Below are positions 11,901-23,900 of a DNA stretch of 64,000 bases, piece after piece. The translations under genes were made by a program, and so were the position numbers. Position 1 is the first letter of the stretch; each line of letters starts with the position of its first letter. The notes under the pieces were generated by a model that ran no database searches, was not told the DNA's origin, and saw nothing but the letters and a program-made list of their open reading frames with translations. This DNA comes from Catajapyx aquilonaris. Taxonomy: Eukaryota. The stretch covers positions 62,001-126,000 of the forward strand of contig KZ538002.1 of the NCBI GenBank assembly GCA_000934665.2, in the 5' to 3' direction.

Positions 11901-14900
11901 CACACAAACTTCAAGCTTGACGGTGAGTTGGGGGACAATGCATGTGTTCTTTGCTAAAGTTTGAAATTATATATTAGACTCTAATTGAATTGCATCGTTC
12001 TTCTCTCATTAATACAAATTAATGTGCTCGTGTCCAACGTTAACGATCGCATTGAATTCACGCAGCATTATTGTCGGTGCACGGTACTTTTTGACTGTAA
12101 GTACGGTATATGCCTGCTGGGCTGACGGCATATTACACACAACAAAGGACACAATTTGCCAAGTTCTCTCATCTTCGTAGCCAGCAATATTTTTATCCAA
12201 CTGACGCAACGTGATCGGGCTTTAACGAACTTGCTCCATATAAGTAACATTGCACCCTCTCGTTTGTGCATCGCAGTGATCCATCCGAGTAATGGTGACA
12301 AAGTACAGCTAGTTTCGCTGCAATCAAGTCTATCCGAGCCTTCGTTATCGCGACGGAAATAATCATAAAAAAATAGTTATGGGGCGTTAACAAAACGGCT
12401 ATACACGGTTCGTCGCTTTAAGTGACAATTAGGAAGTAACTTACACACCGTCCGAAGCCGAGTCAGTGTTACCGTCCCCATTCTTAGAGGAGAGCTACGT
12501 TCCTGACTGGAAATTTATATCCCTGCACCTAGCTCTTCGTCTGGCCGGTCATGACATCTTCCCCCACCCGCCCGCCTTCCCTACCTGCCCACCTCCAGCC
12601 GTGTGAAAGAATGTGCCACGCGATAAATGACAATCTGTCCCGAGCTACACACCTTCCCAGTTTTACAGGAAACATCATGCGACAAGTTTTATGACGATTC
12701 GAACCCTTATCTGAATTTTTTTGCATGTTTAAATCCCGGGTCGTCATTACTTCCTGGGTAATGGTGGGTGATGGCGTTGGACGTCTTCATTAAAGCAGTG
12801 TACCCCTCCCCCCCTCTTCTCGATGTTTTAGTTGCGAGGGTACACGCAATAAAAGCTATAGGTTGCGTGGTTGTAGGCGGAAATGCCTTACCCGAAAGGT
12901 GAAGCTGGAGCTGGTGAAGGTTGGCCGGTTGTCGTTGAGGTCCAGTACCTCCACTCGGAAGACCTGGATGGCCTGACGTGGGGGTTTGCCTTTGTCGCGG
13001 GCAGCAATGGCCACGGTGTATAGGGGCTTCTCTTCGTGGTCCAGCACGATCTTTGTCTTCAGCACACCCGTGGTGGGGTCGATAGTGAAAGCGTTCATGC
13101 CGTCAGTGTCCTCCCCTGTTGGAGCAAATCAGAGGCGGTTCATGTATAATTCCAGAACTATTAGTTACGATCAACGGTTTAAAACCAGAACTTACCACTG
13201 ACGATGGAATAGGTGACTGTTGCGTTGTATCCTTCGTCTTGGTCGACTGCTTGAACACGTGTGATTTCAGTTCCTGCTGGTTGTTCCTCTCGCACGCTGA
13301 GGACGGCTTCGTCTGGTTCCACAATGACAGGGCTGTTGTCGTTGACGTCTGACACCACTATTCGGACGATCGCCTGCGAACTCCGAGGAGGTACGCCCTG
13401 GTCTCGAACTTGGGCCGTCAGCTCGTAAGTGCCGTGTTCTTCACGGTCCAAAACTCGTCTAGTGACGATCTCACCTACAGACACATCAAGCAATGAGTTA
13501 TATCAACGGGCCATACCAGATCCAACTTGTGATACAAAAAGCTCAAGCAGTGTCACTTTGATATACAGTATGTGACGTCCTTAACGTGCCAGTAACGCCA
13601 GGCTTCAGATATGCTTTTAGCACCTCTCATGTCCATAGCGCCATTACTGACGTCACGGCCGTTGTAACTTAGCCACATCGGACACCCAGAGTGATAGCAC
13701 TGAAAGACTTGGTGTAATGAAGCGAATCCTAACGTTCCTCTTTGACATTTATTGGGCTCTTGGGTTGCCGACCATACAATTACTTTATCTACGGTTCCAG
13801 GTGTTATCTCCTACATGCTCTTCACATGTTCTGCATTCCTCATGGCGTTTCGCACTTGATCGCTCCCATTACAACATTTCAGATCGATTCTTATCCGGTG
13901 CCAATGCAAACCTTTCTATTAATTGCTCTAACATCCTGTCACTGTTAAAAAAGAAACCCAATCTTACAACCCCAGCAAAGTTGCACATACAACAATCCAG
14001 CGCAGGGAGGGAGTGACGTCAGCCCGACACTATTAGAAGGCAACGAAGCGCTCCCATCTTCTGCTGCACCTATTCCGACCCCTCAATTGGCGATTTCAAT
14101 CATGCAATGGCATGTTACCAAACCCTAACCACCAACCGACCAAACCAACCTAACTCCATACCATCCCATGTTCCTCCGCGCCTCCTTCATTAAACCTCCT
14201 CTCGGAAGGCCTGCAGATTAATAGTTAGCGAATTCACGAAATCTACCCCCTTTCTGCTATGAACTGCCATTCCCCCGCCCGTCCATGGGGGGAAGATGCG
14301 GGTGGGGGGGATGGGGGTGGGGTTAAATTTTAGTAGTAGGGCAGGTTGCTGGAAGGCATCTGACCCTGCCTCGGGGTGGGAGGGACCAGTATGTGAGATG
14401 GGATGAGTGTGTGTGTGTGTGTGGAGAGAGAGAGAGAGAGAGTGAGAGAAAAAGAGTCAAGTGAAAGACCTTGAAGGGGGCAATATTTAGATGGGGTGGG
14501 GTCGTTGACTGCCTAATTTATAATATATGATGGTGGAAAACCTTTTAAAGGGGGTCAGTGTGAACAGAAGTATAGACTGGGAGCACTTGCAGTCAATGCG
14601 TCCCACGTGGATCACAGAAGACTGCTGATGCCAAGTGCTTTGGTTTGTTTTGGGTGATTCGACCCTGGAGAGATGAACTTGAACGGTCGAATGTTAAGGG
14701 AACCGGCCCATGTGCTTGATTGGATAGCGTGGGTCCTGAGGTAGTGGGAGGGAACCAATATGTAGGTGATCCTTAGGACAGATGTGTTCCTATCCGCCAC
14801 TCCTCCGCCAACAAACGCAACCTTCGACCTGACCACTGATTGCCTGCGATTTATATGCCATCCAGACTGCCCCTCCCCCTTTGTTTCTTCTCTCTCTTTT

Positions 14901-17900
14901 GGGTCCCTTCCCACCAACCCCAGCACCAGTTCCTGCTATTAAAGCCTATGTAGCCCCCACAGCATCATGTCGTGATTCGCACCTCCAACTTCATGGTTGT
15001 CGTCGCCACGCAAAAGATATTGGTGTTGTGCCATTACCCGGGCCTAAACGGCACTCTGGCCGGAGGTGGCCCAGCATTTGAATGGCACTAAAGCGCTTAC
15101 ATTTCAGGCACTCTTCACGTTTCACTACTCGCTTGTAAGCAACCTCTCGCATTCTTCCAGAGGGGGCTGATGGGAAGTGACCCTTTCCTTCATCACTCAG
15201 AGTGATGCTGTTAACCATGCCATCTACAGGGTATTTCGTGTGGGGACCTTCACCCTCGCAAATGAGAAGCCCTTCTCTTTACGCACCATCCAAGGTGAAA
15301 AACTTTTGGGGGTCAGAAGCAGCTGAACCTATCGGGATTTAATATCAAGTACGCAGGCCGTCTGGCCAGCTCTCCTCCTCTCAATCATTTTTTATCCCTA
15401 CCCTCCCTCCCTCTCCACCAACCCCTTCCAGCCATAGATGAGCCTGGAAAATCACACAGGTAGGTAGGTAGGTAGGAAGGTAGGTAGGAAGGAAGGAAGG
15501 GGAGGGAGGCGTAATTATCCCAGCAGCCAGTTTGGAAGGGGCCTACTCCGGTTGCTGGTGTAGCCGGTAAATGCCTATAATGCGACCACTCCGCCATCAG
15601 CATACCGCGGGTTAGATCCCGGTGTGCATCTGATAACCTCCCGGACCCGCCCGACAACATTAAAATACTTTCCCGGGTGTAGTATACGCTTCGGACGGGG
15701 ATAATGAAATTGATCCGAGTTTACGACGCTAGCAAAAAGGTAGAGATGCCAAAAGCCCCCCTCTTGCCCATTTCAGATTAGGCAAAGAGGAGAAGGAGGG
15801 GGCTACTCGTGTTTGGAATTTGGCAAGGGCTAGGCTTGGAAATATCATAGTGTGACGTCAGGTGGGGGCAATGGCGGATGATGTGGTAGGTACACAAAAA
15901 AAGGTAGGGTCGGGACGGGAAGAGAGAGAGAGAAGTTGGGTGGGGGTTTGGGAGAAGCTCTGGAATGCGGCCTACTGCCTGGATGGAAAACTGGCCCCCT
16001 GATCACTGTTTTCGGAGGGGGCTCTGCATGGGGAGCAAGGATGTCGACAGATGGTGCTGCTAGCACTCTTCACTTCTCACACTCAAAAGCCTCAATTTCA
16101 CTCACCTTCTTTCAGACTATGCACCAATTTCATGGAATTCTTTCGGACTGATTTAGCTGAAGGTCCTATTGAAAAAATTGCGTCCTTCGTTTTTAAATGA
16201 ATGGAACTGAATATCGGCGTGATGACCTCTGATTCAAAGAGGAGAATTTACGACAACTTCGTGTCACTCAATTTCATCCTGGTCAGTGACGTATTTAGGT
16301 TTTTGCCGCCCCTAGGCATAGCCTTATCTGCCGCCGCCCCTCCGTCCACTCCTGGCTGATTTTTAGGTCCGAGATTGGGGAAATTCCGAAATTTGCCGAT
16401 TTCAAGGCCAAATATCTCGAAAATTGTTATTTCAAGTAATTTGAAATTATGGTCATGGACACTAGTACTTAGCAAAATCCAGTGAATTTCATCTTGGGGT
16501 ACACTTATATGCCACTCCCAAGGTGAATCGGACGATGCCCAGACCTGTAAGGGCGAAAGTCACGTGTAGATCCTACACATATCCCCACTGTCATAGGGGG
16601 GAAGGGTGCACGCGACTTTCGCCCTTACTGGTCTCGGGCATCGGGCGATTCAACTTGGGACGGCACATGAACGGTGACGCCATGTATTACATATTTTCGC
16701 ACGCGTCAAAATTTTCTCCTCGATTAAATTTTCCGCCTCCATGACATTTGCCGCCCCCTAAAATTTGCCGCCCTAGGCACGTGCCTACTCGGCTATTGAA
16801 TAATACACCCCTGATCCTGGTAGTTAGGCAACCTATGCGCTTCTTTTGTGATGAGGGATGCTGCTGCTTAGGGCTTTAGACTGTGGCCTTTTGCAATAGA
16901 GTTATGGTTGCTTTAGGCCAATTGAGGCAGAGTATGACTTACCATGAGGTGGTCTGAATTAGAGCCATGAGAGTCGAGATATGATCTCTTGTACAGTAGC
17001 CGGCACTGAACGCTGCTTGCTCTTCTGGTATTTGCGACATGATGGATGTACAAGCTTTCATACGTTTGGCAAATATTGTTGTGAAAATTTTCATTAACAC
17101 GCTTAATAAGCTCGAAGGCCTATATTTGTTTGCGTCTTTTTATGTCGCCATTTTCGTATATTATTACTACATCCACGGAATTCCCATTTAATTATGATTT
17201 TATTATACAACATTAGTATAATATAAACTTCAAATATTCAATAATTGCTCATAAATTGTTGCCAACTTCATATTTAGATATCTAATTCCACTAACTGTAA
17301 GTGTAGATGTAATATTTCATTTAATGTACCGGTATGTATAAGAGGTGAAACAGCCTGGAATGTACTGTTGTAATTTACCCGATGTCAAGCCCTCCCCAAA
17401 TATAGTTAAATGGGGAAGCTATTATATAACGGATGACTGATTAATTGATTGCATATTGTTCTGTGTACTGTTCCTTCACATTGTCAAGAAAATATGGATT
17501 TCAATGAAAGTTATTCGCGTCTCATATCATTTTTAAAAAAGCATGAGACTGGTCCTACACAAGATTTGTCTTGCATATGACAGTATGATATTGTATACTG
17601 ACATTGAACGAGCTCCCGCTGCATTTCCTTACGAACGGGTTTCACCGAAATACGCTTTACGCAATAATTTAAAAATTAAAAATTAAATTGGCAGCTCTAG
17701 AATGCCTGTTATAAAGATAAAAAAATAATAATAAAGACTACGAAACCCTTCAGAGGCACCGGAATTACAAAACATGGCTTAGGCCTGATGGCCTTAGTTT
17801 CCTTGGCTTTCCCCAGTAACAAACATGATTAGTAAGATGGATTATTTTTGTTTGACATAATCATCACATTATTTCTATTGATTAATTATCGCCATTTATC

Positions 17901-20900
17901 CTAAATCAAAAAAGGGCGTCATTACGTAGTGCATTATACCAATGACTTTGACGATTGGACAAAAAAGGAGCATGCTTGGCTGGTATATAAAGCAACAAAA
18001 TCACATTTCCATCCTTGCAAACACATATGCTAAACTTTTGGGCATCCATTTCTTAACGCTGTCGCCCTTTTCATAACTGTTAAAATATACCATAGTAGTT
18101 TGGAAAAAGTCGAGTGGATCGCCCTGCGCATATGATCCTAGATGACACTGCAATATTTCACCCGACGAACGAACTGAGGAGTGACTGCTTAAACACACGA
18201 ACCTGTTGTCAAGTCAAACTCATTAACTTACCCCATATCCTAATGATCGCGGACTTAGGTCGGGAAAACTTCAAATGGAAAATATAAAGGAAGAAGTTGG
18301 AAGAAGAAGACAAAAAAGTGCCGGGTTAGTTAACCCATCCGAGTCGGTGAGTGAGTGTGTGTGAGTATAGTTGCAGCTGCTAAGTCGGTCTGTCAACACA
18401 TCCGTATAGTGGAAACTCGTGTCAGCTTTGTGTCAATACACATACGTTCACTGAAACCCTTCCGATCTGAGATCTTTTTGCGGTCCAAAGCTTGAAAGTG
18501 CAGCTGGGTGGTATAATGTATATGATGAAAGTACAGGATGTTTAAAAAATGACCGTTGTCTTAGAGCCTCGCCCGTATATCCAACTAATGTATATTTACC
18601 CTCCTAGACGAATTTCGCGTGCGTCATGCCAGAATGACATTTCCTAGAAGAGCTACAATAATAAACGACATGAGTCTTTAAATAATTGGCAGCTTTTGCC
18701 GGAAATACCGATGAAATACGCAGTGTGAGGCGAATTACCAGAAACAGTACTACCTGCACTGTTTTTTATATACTTTTAATACGCGCTTTCGGATTCGTGT
18801 CTGGAGGCCAGTTTGTAGTACCCTAAAGAACAAGCCTGATCACCATGCAAAAGATCGACGAAGGTGGGAATCTGGCGTGGAATCAAAGCAACCTTCTTTA
18901 CCTGAATTTCCTGGAACGTCCCCAGGCCAAAATACAAGTCCTCCCCCCTCCCCTCCTTTTATTTTTTTGTACCCAGTTCAAAAAGCAGCATACTAGGTTT
19001 TAGCCTCAGGCCCAGTCGGCATAACATCAGGTAAGCAGACCTATTCAATATTGTTCCTAATGTGGATTTACAAGTCATTGAACTAGCGTGTAGCTAATAG
19101 CACATTTAACTGCATAATTTACAAATTTCAATTAGGTACTAATTTCCTCAATTGGGTCATACCTTTCGCTTAAAACAATAATTTTCTCTTTCCGTTGAGC
19201 AATATTAGCCAGGACATGTCTTGAAAACTACGCTATGTTGAGTGTACTATAGGCAAGCTCAAAAAGGGGCTAAAAGAAAATATATTTCTGATGCCTACGC
19301 CGTCTGTGGTACCAGCCTTGACTTTTTTCTTAGAAAATTATTGAGGATAAATACAGGGTTGTGTGACTCCTTCGCGTCCTATGATTTATTGCTCCTGAGG
19401 GGAAGAAATTAGCCTTTGTCTTTCACACACACATCCATAGGCGTTGCCTGAGACAAGTTTCCGCGAATCCACCGCAAAACTCTGGCGCAAAAATATTTCA
19501 ACTCTCGTATCATCCTTGAAGACATTATCTGCCTGTGATTTTTGTATTGTTTAATCTCTGGGCCACCTTCGCCGTTCCCTGCCCAAAGCGTTGACCGATA
19601 CCTGTCATCAAGTTCCAGACCAAAGAGTAGGTCAGCGAGGTGCCCCCAACCACTTGTACCTGGTAATTTTGAAAAAGGCGGGAGAACATTCTTTAACTTT
19701 CGAAGGCTCTCTGGCGCCGTACAAAAGACAGGCCTTTAGATCTATTTCCTCTTCCGCGCCAGCAATTATTGGCCAAGTCGGGTTTTAGTGGGGTCTCAAG
19801 GCCTCCCGAGTCTTTCAGATTGGCGTAACGTTTTTTGAAACAATTTACGGTAATGTTGATCATATATGCTGATGACAGACAACGCGATATGTTGATAGCG
19901 TCAAAGTAAAGTCGAAAAAATGACACGCAGTGCTTGATGCTATAAATTACTCGCGCGTTAATATTTTTTGCCTTTAAAAATGAATTACAAGTTCGTGAAG
20001 TAATAATTTTATGACTGTAAACGAGGGTTTTTAGACTCATTTTTTTAAAAACGGTAAAAGGTTTTGGGCTGCATCCGATCAAGTGCCATTACAAGAAACC
20101 GGTAAGAGGTATTCTTCGAAATATTTCGCTACCATTATTGAAGTATAGAAGGAACTTACCAGTGACGGCATTTATCTGGAAGCTCCCATTGGCTGGACTG
20201 AGTCCGAACCTCAACGAGGCATTGTTGTCCAAGTCCTTGTCCACGGCCGAGAGAACCCCAACACGTGCACCGGGTTCCCTGTTTTCCTCCACTACGAACT
20301 GGTATGATGCGTGACCGAACTTGGGGTCGTTGTCATTGGCATCCAACACGCGCACTGTCACTGCCGCCGTGGCCGTGCTGGCCGGACTTCCATTGTCGGT
20401 GGCCACCACCGTCAACGAGTACAGATCTCGGGTCTCGCGGTCCAGTGTCTGCTTCAGGTACAACCACCCGCTGTTGGGAAACACTCCGAAGAGGGCCGGA
20501 AACTGTTCGTCCTGCAGCCGGTATGTCAAACGAGCGTTGTTTCCAGTGTCCAAATCCGTGGCTGTCACCTGAAATGTGACCAGAGAAGTTTAGAACAATC
20601 CCAGTTAGTGGACAGTTGTGGACAGTCAAATTCCAATATATGACCGATTGCTGTGAAGCAGTCTTCGACAACTTCGACCATTCCTACCTGAAGAAACTGC
20701 GAATTGGCCGGCAGAGTCTCTAGCACGCTGACTTCGTATTTGGACTTGTCGAATTTGGGCGGATTGTCGTTGACATCTTGCACTTCAATCTCCAGCGTCA
20801 GGTTGGACTTGAGCGGTGGGTTGCCACGGTCAACGGCGCCAATGACCACAGTTTGTCGTTGTGTCTCTTCGTAATCGAGAGGCCGGACCAAAGTCAGCAC

Positions 20901-23900
20901 TCCGGAGGTTGAATCCACGTGGAAGAGGCGCCCAGGATTTTCCATCAGGGTGTACCGGACATCTCCGTTGCCCTCGCTATCCGGATCACGAGCATGGGCT
21001 GCATATATGGCCTCTCCTAATGCCGCATTTTCTGCTACCGATATTTTTACTAACGAAGAGTCAAACTCCGGTTCGTTGTCGTTCACGTCTTGGATACCGA
21101 TGTTTACCTGTGCAACAGACATAATCATGAAGTTATTCAGTTTTTCCCTACACTGAAGACATGGTACAGTGTCCGCGTATGCATCGTTGTCCCTGGTTGC
21201 ATAAGCCCTTCCCTCTTTTGAACTGCTGAAGAGGAAATGACCCCGAGGACCACCACATACGGAGCTTCAGTAGAAGTTTACGACTCCCTTTGAAATGCTA
21301 AAAGCCCGCCTCGAGCAAGGCAGAGCGCGAGTGTCTCCCAGTTGGAGATGGCCCAACCCTGACTTTTCGGTAACAATTCATTTTGTGTGAGGTGCTTGCG
21401 GATCTCCTTTCCTTCGCGGGTATCAACCAACCAGAAAACACTAGGTAATTACATGGCGCCCTCCTTGCACACGCCATCGGGAGTCATTCTTATAGTGGCC
21501 AGTCCCTATTTGCGCAATGTGAAAAATTACGCAAGTCGTAATTGCATGACAGGATTACCTGGCTGTGTCCGTACGATGGTGGCTCTCCACTCATGGCTTG
21601 CACGTTCAGGAGGACGAACGGGTGGGTCTCGTGGTCCAAGTGGGTTGCAGTCCGGATTGTTCCGGACTCAGGTTCGATCCTGAAGTATCCGGTAGGGTCT
21701 CCGGAATAGATGGAATATCGGACTCGGCCGGCTCCTGAAAATGCAATTATTCGTAACGTTATTTTGGCACCATTGTAGCTCATTTTGGCTTCTTTTAATA
21801 AATTCAGATAGTATACGTATAGTAGACAGATAAGCAGGGACTATCAAAATTAGTTTGTTTCCCTGCAGAGAAGCAAAAAATGTCTTCCCATTCCGGTTCG
21901 TTACCCCCTGGTCATATTATTACGGAATTTTCGAATTTTATGACTCATGGTGCATCCTGATAGCGTGTTGTACACTGCTCGCAATGCCTTTCAATTTAAC
22001 CACGGAGCGTACCTGAAGCGGCGACATCTTGAACTTGAGCGATCCCCAAAGCAGTCATTAGACGTTTCTGATTCCGAGAATTATGGTCACAGGTAAAATT
22101 TTGGCGCCGATCCCCTGACTTTCATGCGGATCTCCCTCCCAACTATGTTTATTGGGGGTTACTGGACTTGGATCGCTTTATTGTAGGGTTTACAGCCGGG
22201 CTTCAGGAAGGCGATTAAGGCATTATTAGAACTGAGGTGCTACGTTCTTGCTTATTATCGTTATTTTATTACATGAAAGAGCAATCAGAGAAAACGAACG
22301 GCTGTCCTTTAATAAGAGGGTCGGGGGGACTCTGAGGGGGAAGTCCTCAAATAAGTCCAAACCCTCGGGTATACAACCGCATTCTTTTGTCCAACTTTCA
22401 ACAAATTAGTCAAGGGGGGGGGGGGGGGGTACGGGGNGTGTTTCATGAGTGCCAACATATTGTGACACTCCCTTGAAGCTGATGCGTGGGCGGAAGATCA
22501 GTGCGTGGAAATGCACCGACATCACACGAGCCTCACCTGAGCTCCCAGCGGCGAGGCGTATTATTAATTACCAGCCTTTTGTGTAATTTGTTGCCAAGGT
22601 CGAGCGCCAGAGTTCACCCGGAGCATTGTGCTCGCTTATTTTCCAAAAGGGTCTTGGGAGGGGGGCTCCCTCCAAAAAATGCGTTATGAAGGTCACCTTT
22701 AGACGCTATTTGCTGACCCCATCATTTTTGCATTCAAATTCAATCTGAAGCCTGTCAATACACCGGGTTAGTTAGGGGTTAAAACGGCACACGCCTACGA
22801 TGAAAATTCTTATGGCCGGTTGGTATGCAAATTGAATTTTTTGGGGTGGATAAGGACATAACCGAAAACATTCTTCGCTCAAAAAGACTTCCGGCTCCAA
22901 TGTGGATCTTTGTTCAGCTAGCTTGTCAGCACGCAGTCTGAGAACAATGCAGGACATCCGCTAATTTCAAAGTAGGGACGTACGCTAATGAATTACAAAT
23001 TTGCTCTGCGTTGTATATTTGTGCTAGGAAAAATTACTTTGGACTTAATTACAGTGTTTATTTTAAGGCGGGTAAAAAATGTGTGCACCTTCCATGAAGT
23101 TCCTCTACCTTTTCTTGAGAGACGTGATTAAGCTCAAAGGAGGGGTGAAAAAAAAATCAGAATCACGAAGAGAAAACCGCTTCATCACTGATCGCAATGA
23201 ATGATCTAAAATCAGCGACAGATGTGAAATGATTACATCCTGGATCGAGTAAGAACAATGCCTAAGTGTACCCCAGACACGGAATTAAGAATACGTATTG
23301 TACAGTCTGGACATAAGAACGATGCTCGTTCCTCTGGGTATTTTTAGACCTAATGACATATCATTGGCGTGCGTGTGTGGATTGTTACCGCATTCCATGA
23401 GTTATGGTCTGTTCATACAACCACATTTTCACAGAAGTGTTGCATTGCTAGCATCAGTAGCATGTGAACTAATTACATGCAATGCAGTTTTAGGCCAACT
23501 GTAGACTGTAAAAAATGTCGAATTGGCACGATACCACCACGCCTGATCGACTAGCGTACCTTCAAAAATACGACGTGGTCCACTTCTAATTGGACTTTTA
23601 TGAGGGATAAAAGCGTACTAATTTATTCCTATTGGCGATAATACGCACTCGAGCACCTGACAGCCGCCATACAACACACTAGAGGAAAAAAAACATCCGA
23701 CCTTCCCATTTAGACAGCCATTTAGTGCCGCACACTGTACATACAGAATTTACGCAGCGTAAATTCTGTATGTACAGTGTTTTTTCGGTCCGCGTAAAAA
23801 CGGACCGGAAAAAACTGTTAAAAATCGAGTCTACGCCGAATTAGTTTTTAAAAACTAAAAACAACAAAGCTTAATTGTTGCTGAGTTTGCACCGCACAGG

